DNA from: Sphyrna mokarran
Taxonomy: Eukaryota
Reading direction: 5' to 3'
DNA: 64,000 nucleotides
Assembly: GCA_024679065.1 (NCBI GenBank)
Contig: JAGIQG010000011.1
Location: 80,042,001 to 80,106,000 of the forward strand
In this document: one piece after another, positions 40,233 to 52,985 of the stretch
Numbering within the stretch: position 1 is the first letter of the stretch
How the letters are laid out: each line of letters starts with the position of its first letter
Notes under the pieces: generated by a model
Seen by the model: the letters and a program-made list of their open reading frames with translations, nothing else
Database searches by the model: none
What the model was told of the DNA's origin: nothing
Position numbers and translations under genes: made by a program

Positions 40233-41319
40233 CACAAGGGCATAAAAATTGGACTCAAAGCTTGATTTTAACCAAGTTTGCTGGGGATGTGGAGTTTTAA
40301 AATGAGTCAGACTGGACTAGCCATTTACTGTTGCTTCCAGAACAGGTCAGGAGCTGGGAATTCTGTAGCAAGTAACTCACCTCCCATCTCCCCAAAGTTT
40401 ACACATCATCTACAAGGCACGAGTCAGGAGTGTTCTTTTAAGTTATTTGAGAGACATAGGCATAACTGGCTGGCCAGCATTTATTGCCCATCCCTAGTTG
40501 CCTGAGGGCAATTGAGAGTCAACCACATTGCTATGGCTCTGGAGTCACATGTAGGCCAGACTGGATCAGGGCAGGAGATTTCTTTCCCTAAAAGGACATT
40601 AGTGAACCAGATAGGTCTTTACAACAATTGACAATGATTTCATGGTTATCAGTAGATTCTAAATTCCAGATATTTTTAATGAACTCAAATTGTGGCGAGA
40701 TTCAAATCCAGGACATTAGCTGAATTTGTAGATTAATAGTCTAGCGATAATACCAATAGGCTATCGCATCCCCACTTGCCTATGTGTTTGTATGCAAGCT
40801 CCAATGACACTCAAACTCAATGCTATCCAAAGACAAGACAGCCCACTTGATTGGCAGCCATCTCTAACCTTCACCCCATCTACCACCAATACACAATGCA
40901 CAGCATACACCATCTAAAGCACGTAGTGCAGCAACTCACCAAGGCTCTGTCAACAATACCTTCCAAACCTGCCACTTCTGCTGCTTCATAGGATAAGGGC
41001 AGTAGATGCATGAGCAACACCACAGGCTGTGAGTTCCCCTGTAAGCCACACAGCTTCCTAACTTGGAACCATTAGCGCCATTCCTTCACTGTCCCTGGGT
41101 CAAAATCCTGGAATATTCTTCCCAACAACATTGTGGATGTACCTACACTACAAGGACTGGAACAATTCAAGGTAGCTTACCACAAGGTCCTTGAAGGCAA
41201 TTTGGGATGGACACAAATGTTGGCATTGCCCATGACATCCACATGCTAGGAAAGAATAGTAATTTTAAAATAGTTATGGTGGTAGGAACCGAATCAAAAT
41301 TTCAACCAACGCCTCTACT

Positions 41320-41812
41320 TTCTCAGAAGGCTAACGGAATTTGGCATGTCAGCATTTTACAGATGCACTATCGAAAGCATTCTTTTTGGTTGTTCTGCAG
41401 CTTGGTATGGCTCCTCCTCCTTCCTACAAAAGATTGTGAATGCAGTCCAATCCAGCCTTCCATCCACTGACTGTCTACACTTCCAGCTGTCTCGCTAAAC
41501 AACTTAGCATAATTAAGACTCCATGCACCCCAGTCATTCTCTCTTCCGCCTTCTTCCGTTGGAAAAAGATACAAAAATCTGAGGTTAGATACCAATCGAC
41601 TCAAGAACAGCTTCTTCTTTGTTGCTGTTGGACTTCTGAATGGACTTACCTTGTATTTAGTTGATCTTTCTCTACATCCTAGCTATGACTGTAACACTAC
41701 ATTCTGCGCTCTCTCGTTTCCTTCTCTAAGTACGGTATGCTTTGCTATGTAGCGTGCAAGAAACAATACTTTTCACTGTTTGCTAATACATGTGACAACA
41801 ATAAATCACTCA
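41320..41812 (+). mobile_element. Rex1 LINE 3' end (also 8375-8670 -, 12585-12892 +, 46040-46310)
   Basis: Same C-terminal motif and GTGACAA(T/C)AATAAATCA tail. Confidence 0.85.
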
Positions 41813-42724
41813 AGTTGTGGCCTAGTGAGGTGACTGGTTTTTTTTGCCGCACTTAAAAAAGACATTAGGCCAGAGTAGCCAATAAGACAATGTTCGTATT
41901 TTTTTTTTGGGAAGTTGCACTCTGGCTCAGGTTGTGATTTTACCAGACTCCATTAGGAATCCTCCACTTTCCCACTCCTTTCCTCTCACCACTTGCAACT
42001 CTCCGGAAAACCGTGCTCCCAGCACTGGGCAGTGAAATACTGCTTTGGTCCTTTTGACATTGGGTCAATGATAGTGGGAAGGGAGCATCAGTCCTGCTGG
42101 CATTGGAAAACTGCCCAATCAGAATTTAAAAATGGGGCCCAGAACTCACACCAAGGAGTGCAAATGGTACCCTGATGGGCTCAAACCTATCTTGGATTAT
42201 AAATCGGGGTCTTAGGAGCTTGGGTATGCAGATTTGTGTGTGAGAGAGAGAGATTTAAAAAGACGTCACCAAAGATGAAGACAGACAAGAGAAACTGGGG
42301 CTCTTTCCACTCAAAGATGCTGAAAGAATCAAGAGGCTTTGGTAAAATAAATAGATGAGAACTTAAACTGGTTAGGATTTGAATTCCTGACCGTATACAG
42401 ATAAGGAAAGCAGAATCTACAATAGTTTCTAAGATGGAAGTGAATAATTATTGAAAGATTTGGAGGACGTGGGGAATTGACAGGGGAATAGGACTAAGTG
42501 AAGAGCTCAATATGGGTAGCATGATCTAACTAGCCTCCATCTGCATTTCAATTCTAGATTTAAGGTACTACGCACACGAGAAAAGCTTAATCGCTGTAAT
42601 TCTTTATCAAGGAGAAATGCTTTAAAATACTGATGAATTACAAATTGAATTATTTTTCAATGATTTTGACTGTTATTTGAGGGCTCCCTCCTCCTTCCAA
42701 CCATGTCCCATTCTGAACTATGAG

Positions 42725-43070
42725 CCGTGGTATTATCACTAGGTTATTGATCCAGAAAGTCAGCTAATGTTCTGGAGACGAGGTTCAAATCCTGCCATAG
42801 TAGCTGATGAATTTGAATTCACTAAAAAACTTACGGAATTGAGAATCTACTGATGAAATCATTGTCAATTATCTGAAAAGCCCATCTGGTTCACTAATGT
42901 CCTTTAGTGAAGGAAATCTATCATCCTTACCTGGTCTAGCCTACGTGTGACGTCAGAGCCATTGCAATGTGGCTGGCTCTCAACTGCCGTCCAAGGACAA
43001 CAAGGGATGGGCAATAAATGCTGGCCAGCCAACGGCACCCATGTCCCATGAATGAATAACAAAAAAAAAC
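42725..43070 (+). mobile_element. tRNA-derived SINE family C (also 26010-26335 +, 37845-38200 -, 40440-40770 -, 45215-45570 -, 46905-47230 +, 53240-53550 -, 56770-57050 -)
   Basis: A/B-box head (GTGGTATT..GGTTCAAATCC), body CCCATCTGGTTCACTAATGTCC, 3' tail shared with the LINE above. Confidence 0.85.
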
Positions 43071-44539
43071 TTTAAACTTTATCACAGCCCATTTGTTATC
43101 AACCTTTCATCCTTGTCATTGTTGGAGTAACTAAGTCTAAAGGTGACAACTTTCTGGCCTCTCTTCCCCCACAAATATCAACTCATCCCAAAACCTGCAG
43201 TCAGCATCCCATTCTGCATGAGTTCCCACTTGGTCCACAATGGCTTCTTATTCTCCCTAATACCTCAAAAGTCAACACCGTCATGTTTAAAAACCCAGAA
43301 CCCCTCATCATCTGTTCAGAAGTATCAAATAAATCGGTTGGATTAAAAATTGGTGTTGCTAAATTCTTACAGGAGTACAAGCCCATCTTCCCTACACTCT
43401 GTATGTCTGATATTAACCTCTTGTACATCACGCTCTCTCTCTCCATCATTGTGTGTTTCGCATTCTGGAAGTTGTTCACTGAATTCCTTCATCTTCTTTA
43501 TGACCTTGGTGGAAGAGGTGGAGCGAAGGAACCTAATATTCACGATAGGCACAGACAAACGTTTTGACGGATAAAAATTTTAAATAATATCTCACTATCC
43601 CTTATTTCCATGCATCTTTGTCGTGCCTTGAGACAACTTTCTATCAAAAGAGAGCTCATAAAAAAGCCATTCTTGATGCTCCGGTGAACGAAGTAACCTG
43701 GGATTTAAGAATTGGGGATTAATACTTAACTCCTCAACTCAGCAAACACAATTTTGACCCAAAACTATCAATGGAATAGATTAGTTAGAAACCACGTATT
43801 TCCCAAGAGGAAGGAATTAAAGTGCAGGCAATTTTCTGCATGTTAAGCAAACATCAACATTTATTCAATTCTGTACAGAGAGAGAACAACCACACAAGAT
43901 ACTGGGCAGATTATGTATACAGTAACATCTGTCTGTATAATCTTCAACTTTGATGGCGTGGTAGCCAGAATTCTTATATAAATGGCACATTTGACCAATG
44001 ACTCATTTTATGTGTATGAAACATCACATAGGACTAGCGAGAATCTCAGAGACACCATCACAGTGACACATTCTCAAACAGCAACAGGCAATGTTTCATC
44101 TATTTGAAGAGGAACACTTTAAAAACGTGTAGGTGGAAAAAGACTGTTGCCCATCAAGAGTGCTTATTTGAATACGACATTTATATTGTTACGCAATCAA
44201 GATCCCTTCTTATAAATACAGACAGTGAATGTCTATACCTTTAATGTACTGAAGATTGGAATTTACATCAGCTAACACTTCAGCTGATTTGGGCAATTTG
44301 GGGGTTTTATTCTGCTTTTCTCAGCAACTATGTTTAATATCAGGTCATCCTCATTTATAAAGGGACAGCTAAATAATGTGACATCAGTATGTCAGGTGAA
44401 ATAGTCAGAAATAACACATTACTAATAGGGTTTTTCTGGATCCCAGGAGTATAGTACTGATGAACGCCCAGAGTCAGCTTTCAATATAGCCCAACTTGCA
44501 TTCATATAGTGCCTTGAAATGTAATCAGGAGATATCCAA

Positions 44540-44855
44540 TGGCATGGTGGCACAGTTGTCAGCGCTGTTGTCTTACAGCTCGAAGGACCCAGGTTCAATT
44601 CTAGCCTCAGGTCACTCTGTGCGGAGTCCACACATTCTTCCCGTGTCTGCATGGGTTTCCTTCGAGTGCTCCGATTTCCTCCCCCAGTCCAAGATGTGCG
44701 GGTTATGTTGATTGGCCATGATAAATTGACCCTTAGCATCAGAGGGACTAGTATGTGGAGTTACAGGGATTGTATCTAGGTGGGATCATTGTCGGTGCAG
44801 GCTCGATGGGCTTACACTGACAACGGGCCTTTCTCAACAGTAGGAATTCTATGAC
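44540..44855 (+). mobile_element. HE1-type V-SINE
   Basis: Full length. Confidence 0.9.
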
Positions 44856-47800
44856 ACTTCAGAAACAGCATTATCAGACAAAATTCGGATGCTACGACAA
44901 ATAAAGAGATAATAGGTACAGAGGAGATGTCAGGGGTAAGTTTTTCACTCACAGGGTGCTGAGTGAGTGGAATCAGCTGCCGTCGGTGGTGGTGGAGGCA
45001 AACTCATTGCTGTCTTTTAAGAGAGTTCTGGATGAGTACATGGGATTTAATGGGATTGAGGGTTATAGACAGGCCTGGTAGGTCTGGATATGATCAGTGC
45101 AACTTGTGGGCCGAAGGGCCTATTTGTGCTGTAGCGTTCTATGTAATATTCAAATGTTAGTTAAAAGAAATAAAAAAGTGTTAGATTTCAAAAGAAAGAG
45201 AAGATTTTTTAAAAAACTTTATTCCTTTAAGGGATGTGGGCATCACTAACAAGGCCAGCATTTTTGCCCAGCACTAACTGCCCCTAAATGAGTGGCTTGT
45301 TGGGTCATTTCAGAAAGCAGAGACATTGCTACAGATTTGGGCTCGAATGTAGACCAGGTAAGGATAGTAAATTTCCTTCATTTGAGGGTATCAGTGAACC
45401 AGATGGGTTTTTAATGATAATCAATAATTTCATGGTTATCAGCTTACAACTTCAGATTTAAAATAAAATCAATTGACTTTAAATTCCAGCAGCTGGTGGG
45501 ATTTGAACCAGTGTCCCCAGAGACTGAACCCAGGTCTTTGGATTAGTACCCACTGACATTACACCAGAGTAGCGGTAGTGAAGTTAAGAGTCCAGTACAC
45601 TAGAACCTAGACTGGTCGTATTCAATGAGGGCGATCTTATCAGAATTTGACAGGGTGCTGGTTCAGGTGAGAAAACTGGTGTGCTTCTCCCCAGAGAAAC
45701 AAGTTGGCTTTTACTGCCACATCCTACCTCACTGTCAAAAAGACCCCCAGCCGGGCATGTTTCACACCATCATGCAGGAGCAGGGTCTAAACATGCTGGA
45801 AAAGCCCAAATGCACTTAGTTCAGAGCACCCTGTTTAAAGTACTCCTCAATCAGAACACGAATAAACCTTTCCTCCTCCAGTCCATCGTGGAGATCTTAA
45901 GGGCTCCCCCATTATCTTCTGTGATCGGAGTCGAAGCCTGCATTGGAGTTAATATCTCTCCTTACCCACACAAGCTAGGAACGTTCCCTCCCATTCTCAA
46001 ATATCAGAGAGTGTTGCCATGCCATTCTCTGGCCTTGTGAAAAGTCTGAAGGCAGCAGGGAAGGAGCTGTTCTTCGGTCACTTACCAAACGACTCATGAA
46101 CAGCTTTTTCTCTGTTGCCATCTTTGTTTTAAATAGACCTACCTTGCATTAAGTTGATCTTTCTCTACAGTGTAGCTATGACTGTAACACTACGTTCTGC
46201 ACTCTCTTGTTTCTTTCTCTATGAAGGGTATGCTTTGTCTGTATAGCTCGCAACGAACAATACTCTTTACTATATCCCAAAACACGTGACAATAATAAAT
46301 CAAATCAAATGTCCTTCTCCCTCGAGGGCTATACTCATTTTTTTTTACCTCCCCAGGGCAATCCCCATGACAGGTTCACATCTGGATGAACACGTTGTAA
46401 ACCTCACTGACATGACGTGACATTGGTTCAGTTTGAAAATATGGCAGAAGTGGTCAATATATGGTGAGGGGGTGTTTAATAAGATCAAATATATTTTAAT
46501 AGATTTGCAGTCAGGTTCATGGCCCTTGTGAAACTGAATCCGATTATGTCACTGGCGAAGGATGGCAAAAACTGGAAGCACCGATCTCTTGGCCAGATCT
46601 GTGACTTTTGGGTTTCGCCACATCTTTAGTCACCACCAGCAATCTCGTGACGAGAAGCACGGGCTCAAGATCCCGCCCATGAATTAGGCATCTAAAGATC
46701 AAAATATGAGTTAAATCCAAAAAAAGGAAGCCGTCATTTTCCATTATTCGCAATGGTTTCATTATCACTTGTTTCCAGTTTTAGATAGAACCCAGCAGAG
46801 GCCATATAGTCATGGGCTGGACAACATAAAAGCAAAACTGGGTTGACTACAGAAACAAAAATGAGAGCTCTAAAGGAATACACTGGGCCCAAAGTTTATA
46901 AGTGGAGATGAGATGCTGGCAGAGTGGTATTGTCGCCTGATTAATAATCCAGGGTAACACTCTGGAGACCCGAGTTCAAATCCCATCATAGAACATAGAA
47001 GGTGAAGTCTGAATGAATCAAAAGTCTCAGGATGACCGTGAAACCATTGTCGACTGTCATAAAATCCCAAGTGGTTCCGTAATACCTTTTAGGGAAGAAA
47101 TTTGTCCTTATCCCAGGCTGGCCTAGATACGGCTCCAGATCCACAGCAACGGATGCCCTTAAATGCCCTCAGGGATGGACAATAAATGCTAGCCCAGCCA
47201 GCGACGCTCACATCTCATGAACGATTTAAACCAAACCTCTCGCAATCACTAAAACTGGGAAGATACATCTTGATGTTCTGTCTAAGCTGCCACAAGGATC
47301 GTAAAACCACTAAATTAGTTTCAGTCATCTTAAATACTTTTAAAATCATTTCTTTTCCAGCTCTGTTTATTTTGATTTAATTTAGAATAAATTCTTGACA
47401 TGAGATATCAGGGGCAGCCAAGATACACAATCCATTGTCTCCACATTAATAAACAAGGCTGCTTCAACATGAGTAAACCAAATTCCATTTTCATTAGAAT
47501 TAATTTAAATCCCTTGCTTTTTTTTAGTGTATTTAAAAGTCAAAAGTCGCTGAGGCGGAATTTGCTTCGGTTAGCGTACTGCAACTGCACAGGGCAAAAC
47601 ACAGGGCAGGGATCTGCTGAAATGTTCCCTCTCTACAGGGAGCTGCCTGACCTGCTGAGTATTCTCAGCATTTTCAACTTTTATTTCAGATTTCCAGAAT
47701 CTGCAGTATTTAACTTACGTGGGCAATGCGAGTGTTGAATTAGCCAGCCTTTCACTGGGCAATCCGCGTTAGTTATGGGAAACGCACACAATTTGGAGAA

Positions 47801-48264
47801 ACTTTATAAAGTGCAGAAACTCAGCAGTCACAGTAGGGCACTGGAATTTATTCAATAGATTGTTCAGCAAGAAACAATGCAGTTATTGTTTTTCTTTCTG
47901 GGCTATTGTTCCATTATTTTGCTGAGCCTATATCACACACATACATACAAATATACTGTATGATTTTAGCACTCAATGATTCAACATTCTGTCATAATTT
48001 TAAACAGTGAAATCTGACACTGGTCAAGCAAAAACAACTCATGTTATGAAACAGCTGAGGATTCACATCAGCCTTGAGGCTTCATTCCATGACTGACATG
48101 ATTCACAGCACCAGGTTTGAAAAGAAGAAATCTTTTTAATAACAGTTAGATCTTTAAAAAAAGAAATGGAGAGACTTGCCCCAGAGAAGAGGGATAGCAC
48201 AATAATCCACCATTCATCTTACAAAGTAGTGCAAAAATCAGCCTTGGAATCACAAGCACAAAAA

Positions 48265-48266
<2 letters not shown>

Positions 48267-48305
<39 letters not shown>
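48267..48305. repeat. (CA)n microsatellite
   Basis: Direct reading. Confidence 0.95.
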
Positions 48306-48306
<1 letters not shown>

Positions 48307-48499
48307 CCCCCAGCCAATTTCCTTACAACAATTCTCGGAAAAGAACAGCTTCCTCCGCATAAAAAACAATTGTCAACAATCTCACATTTTGCCTCTCAGT
48401 CATCAAGATCTGAAGTCTTCTTTCCTTTAAAAACGAAACGCTACGATGTTGAAGAGATGTTCTTAAAGCTGGAACACCCCCTTAACTAGTGTGGCCTGC

Positions 48500-48590
48500 T
48501 TTCAGGAAGCCAAGACCAGCCAATCACTGCTTTCTATCCACAGTCAAGCCCAAAGCCACATAATAAATATGTGCTATCCCATATAAGGAA
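48500..48590. promoter_or_regulatory. Candidate intronic enhancer (ETS, NF-Y, CArG)
   Basis: CAGGAAG 48503-48509, AGCCAATCA 48518-48526, CCATATAAGG 48579-48588 in a TE-poor part of intron 1. Confidence 0.35.
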
Positions 48591-50490
48591 AACTTTTGAC
48601 AGAAAATTAAATTTATTGTAGACAGAACGCTTGGGTGATGGATTTAAATTGATTCTGAAATGGTGAATCCTACAGCATTCAAGCCTAGTTTTGTGAATTT
48701 TTCCCCCCTTTGTCTTAGTCTATTGCATGGGGAGGGAGGGTGTGTGTGTGATGGCTTTGTGGCATAGATTAATTCTAAAGTACAGTTATATCATTTAATT
48801 TGACTTATTAAATCTCATTTAGCCAGGATGGACTGCAGAGGGAGACTAATTTAATGCATTTTACATCTTAGAAAAAAGTGTCCAGAGTGCTGTAATTGTT
48901 CAAAAATCCCATTTATTTTCCATTTCAAAACAACGTATACATAAACTGGAGCTAAGATATGGGTCTGATCCAGAATATCTTTCATATGACAGCTACAGAA
49001 AATGGAAATAAACTGCTCATACTAACCTTCAAGTACCTTGAATTGGCTGATTTAAAAAATCAGAAAGAAACAAGAATCAAATGGTCCAAATGTGGGAGAC
49101 TGTCGAACATGAAGTGATATTGTCCTTGCTGTGGTTAATTATTATAACAGAATAACTTAAAATCAATCAAATATTCAACTCCTCTATTACGATTCTGACC
49201 TAATTTAGAACTGGGTTAATATCTCTTGATTGAAGTTAACCTCGTTGTAACCTTTCTCTCTCCCTCCTACCCACACTAATAATTGCCGTAAAGAATGGAA
49301 GCTTGGAACAATGCTGAAATATATACAAGATAATCATTCAATCAAGGGGTTCAGAACACCAATAATGGTGAGGCTAATCCTGTATGGTTTGGGTCAGCTG
49401 TCTGAACCCCAATGTTATATCACTCTCTTGTATACATTTTTATATTATCCACACTTGTAATCCATATCAAGCAGTGCTGGTTCATTTTATAGCTTGTAAT
49501 ACTGCGACAGTTCTCCTCTCCCCACCTGACAATGATACCACAGCTTGACAAACAGGGTTAGAAATAGGGGATTACCAATGTTATAGAAGATCAGAAGGCA
49601 TATTGGAACGGTCGTGCAACATCCCAGTACTGCTCCTTCATTGTTCACAAGAGAGCCACCCTGCGATAAATAAATCTAACATCCGAATTGCTTTTTTTAA
49701 AAAGCTGGTGTAGGGTTACTTCCTCAAAGTCAATCTTAAGCAGTGTTTTTAAATTCTTTAGTGAACCAGCTAATGATCTCAGTATCCTTTTGGTCCTTTA
49801 TTTAGCATGGTGGGGCGGGGGGAGGGGAACGGTGTGTGTGTGTGTAGAGAATGTGGGTGCGAAGGTTACTGATCTTAATCCAATATTTGCAGAAATATAA
49901 AGTGAAAACAAAAAACAAACAAACTGTGGTTTTACATGAAGCCTGAAAACAGGCCTGAGAAAGCTGATATCAGCATGATCAAGAATTAAAATGTACCTGC
50001 TTCTATCAAACCATGCATCCTTTCACACTTTTGCTGACTCGTTAGATTGAATAACGAGTTATTTCAATGTCTTAAAAGCATTATAGATTAAAAAAATTAT
50101 AATCAAAAATCAAAATATCCAAGACACAATGGTTTTTCATAAAAGTTACATCACAGCAAAATGCATAATCTTAAATTAAATAAATTGCAGGCTAACACAT
50201 TACATTGAGTCAAATGCTCTGTGACTACTAAGCTTCTGAAATTGTACAATATCTGGATCATTACACAATATGTCTGGATTGAATCTGAGAACAGACAGCT
50301 GAGAGGAAGGTTGGAATGAAGGATTATTATTTAAGATATGAAATAATATGGGGGAGGTGAAGTTAAGGGGGCAAAGTTAAGGAATGAAAATTGCAGAATC
50401 TTTTTTTTGTTACTTTCTTTTGAAATAAAATGGTTTTAATCCGAGCTGAGTCAAAATGAACAAAATCTTGATTCCTGCCCAGTAACTTAC

Positions 50491-50650
50491 CCTCAAGTCG
50501 CCGCTGCTACTCCTGCTTGGTCGCTGCCTCTTTCTACACGGTGCTGGCCAACATGTCAAGACTGTAGCGAGAACCCGCAGCCAGCCCAGGGCTGCTCCCT
50601 TACCGAACCCCTGCCATCCACATCCAAACACACACACACACACGCACAGT
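50491..50650 (-). other. MRAS: Putative non-coding first exon of MRAS (5' boundary uncertain)
   Basis: Strong donor GAGG|GTAAGT at 50490 in a GC-richer, TE-free island; TATA-like TTTAAAG at ~50680. Vertebrate MRAS has a 5' non-coding exon. Confidence 0.55.
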
Positions 50651-50669
50651 TACAACAACAATCTGCTCT

Positions 50670-50920
50670 GCCACTCTTTAAATGAAAGAGAGTGTAGCCG
50701 CTGTGAATGTCCCTCCTCCCCCTTTATTACAAAGAAAGCCTCTCTCCTTCTCCTCTGCACAGACCTGCCCCTGACTTTACTCCCTAATCCATGCTTCAAC
50801 AGCTGATGCTAAAAATAGAAGGGCAGGGGATGGGGGAAGGGGGCTCCTTCCACCAATGTTCCCCTTCTGCCCAGGGAGAGGTGATTGGAAAGCCGACCTT
50901 CGCCTTCACATTCCTGAGTA
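50670..50920 (-). promoter_or_regulatory. Putative MRAS promoter: TATA-like, GC box, E-box + MEF2, CCAAT, MCAT
   Basis: CCCTCCTCCCC ~50710-50722; CAGCTG 50800-50805; CTAAAAATAG 50809-50818; CCAAT 50853 and ATTGG 50884; CATTCCT 50909-50915. Confidence 0.5.
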
Positions 50921-50994
50921 AAGCTCTCTGTGCCTCTTCTCTCTCTCTCCCCACCGCTGCGTCTCCCCTCACTTGGGTTTTCTGCTGACACCAG

Positions 50995-51030
<36 letters not shown>
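50995..51030. repeat. (TC)n(CA)n compound microsatellite in promoter region
   Basis: Direct reading. Confidence 0.92.
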
Positions 51031-51857
51031 TTGGAAATGGACTGATCCAGAGAGTAATCAGGTGGACTGACTGACAGAGGAGAGAGCTGCTTGCTTTGTG
51101 TTACTGAGCTCACAATGATTCTTTCACACAAACCACTCTCAGAACTTACCCCCCTCCTCTTTCTCTCTGTCCCTTTCAGCCCTTTCTTTCTGCACTGCCA
51201 TTCTATTTTCAAATGAATAATGATTGCACGTCGCTATCCCCTCCCCCTCTACAAAGGAAGGCTCTTGAAACCATAACAGTTGCTGTAACTTACGAAGTCC
51301 CAACTACGCAGGCGTTGCTGGCAGTTCCTGGTCTCACTCTATAGGTTGTGTTTGAGTGTGCTGCGGTTTTTTTTCCTCTTGTATGTGTATAATGCGATCT
51401 TAAACTACTCAACATTCGCTCAAGATTTAATAGATTCAGCTGGGGAATAAAAAAAATAGATTTGTTCTATCTCCCTGCAGTTCTTGCAAATAAAATATTG
51501 TATTAGCTTCAATAATCCCATCTCCTTTAAATTTTAAGTTTATTTACTAGTATCACAAGTAGGTTTACATTAACGCAGTAATTAAGTTATTGTGAAAATT
51601 CCATAGTCACCACATTCCCACACCTGTTTAAATACACTGAGAGAGAACTTAGCATAGCCAATGCACCTAACCAATACGTCTTTCAGACTGGGAGGAAACT
51701 GGAGTACATTGGAGGGATCCCACATAGACACAGGGAGAACATGTAGACTTCACACAGGCAGTGACCCAAGCCAGGAATCAAACCCAAGACCCCATGGCTG
51801 TGCTAAGCATTGTGCCCTCCATGCCGCCATCCCAACTTGCATTTAACAAATGAATAA

Positions 51858-52235
51858 TAGAATCCCTACAGTACAGAAAGAAGCCATTCAGCCCATCGAG
51901 TCTGCACCAACTCTCCATCACAGCATCCCTCCCTGACACTATCCCCTGCTAACCACCACCTCCCCTTAACCTACATCTCCTGGGACATTAAGTGGCGTTT
52001 TAGCATAGCCAATCCATCTAATCTACGCATCATTGGGCACATGAGGTCATTTACCATGGTCAATTCACTAAACCTGTTCATCTTTGGACTTTTGGAGAAA
52101 ATCAGAACCCTCAGAGGAAACACGCGCAGACACGGGAAGAACATGCAAACTCCATACAGACAGTGAAGTTGGAAGTGAACTCGAGTCCTGGGTGTCGCGA
52201 GGCAGCTGTGCTAACCACTGTGCCAAATTGCCGCC
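51858..52235 (-). mobile_element. HE1-type V-SINE with internal duplication
   Basis: CATAGCCAATCCATCTAA / CATGGTCAATTCACTAAA segment repeated. Confidence 0.85.
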
Positions 52236-52349
52236 CTTTGATCTTCTATACTCATGAGAATACAAGCTCTGTTTATGCTGCTTGACTTCATAATATACTC
52301 CCAGTATTATTCTGGTAAATCTATGCTATATTTAGATAAATTGACCTTT

Positions 52350-52985
52350 AAGGGTTCCCAGCCAGGCCAATTGCCAGCCTTCAGGAGAACAGTGACCACA
52401 ACACCATACACCCTGCCACAGCAACCTCTGCAAGACGTGCTGGATCATTGACATGGATGCCATCATCTGACACGAGAACACCATGCACCAGGTACATCGT
52501 ACATACACTTGTAGCTTGGCCAACGTTGCCCACCTGAGACGCTGCAGGAAATGATGTCCAGAAGCACGGTATATTGGGGAAACCACGCAGGCGCTACGAC
52601 AATGGATGAATGGACACCGCTCAACAATCACCAGGAGTGTTCTCTTCCTATCGGGGAACACTTCAGCAGTCACAGGCTCTGATTTTCGGGTAAGCATTCT
52701 CCAAGGCAGCCTTTATGCCACACAATGATGCAGGATCGCTGAGCAGAAACTGATAGCCTAAGTTCTGCACACAATCGTGATACTGGGTTCATGTCACACT
52801 GTCTGTAACCCTCAAGACTTGCCTGGGCTTGCAAAATCTCACTAACTGTTCTGGTTTGGAGACAATACACACCTCTTTAACCTGTCCCTCTCTCCACTCA
52901 CATTGTCTGTACCTGTAAAGATTTGATGACCTGTTAAAACACACATTCCAACCATAATCTTGTAATTGAGTTTGTGTCTATATTT
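52350..52985 (+). mobile_element. Penelope-like element fragment (GIY-YIG endonuclease end + 3' region), decayed
   Basis: Translates with stops to PCHSNLCKTC..IDMDAII..YTCSLANVAHLRRCRK.CPEARYIGETTQALRQWMNGHRSTI, matching the PLE Cys motif plus the YIGET..L..R...H signature. Confidence 0.85.

Noticed and set aside
43201-43574. Overlapping ORFs on both strands in coding-looking sequence
   Set aside because: No recognisable protein or splice context; adjoins a Penelope tail fragment and is probably an unassigned TE remnant.
50206-50453. Two AP-1 TGAGTCA sites near the first donor
   Set aside because: 7-mers occur often by chance; no independent support.
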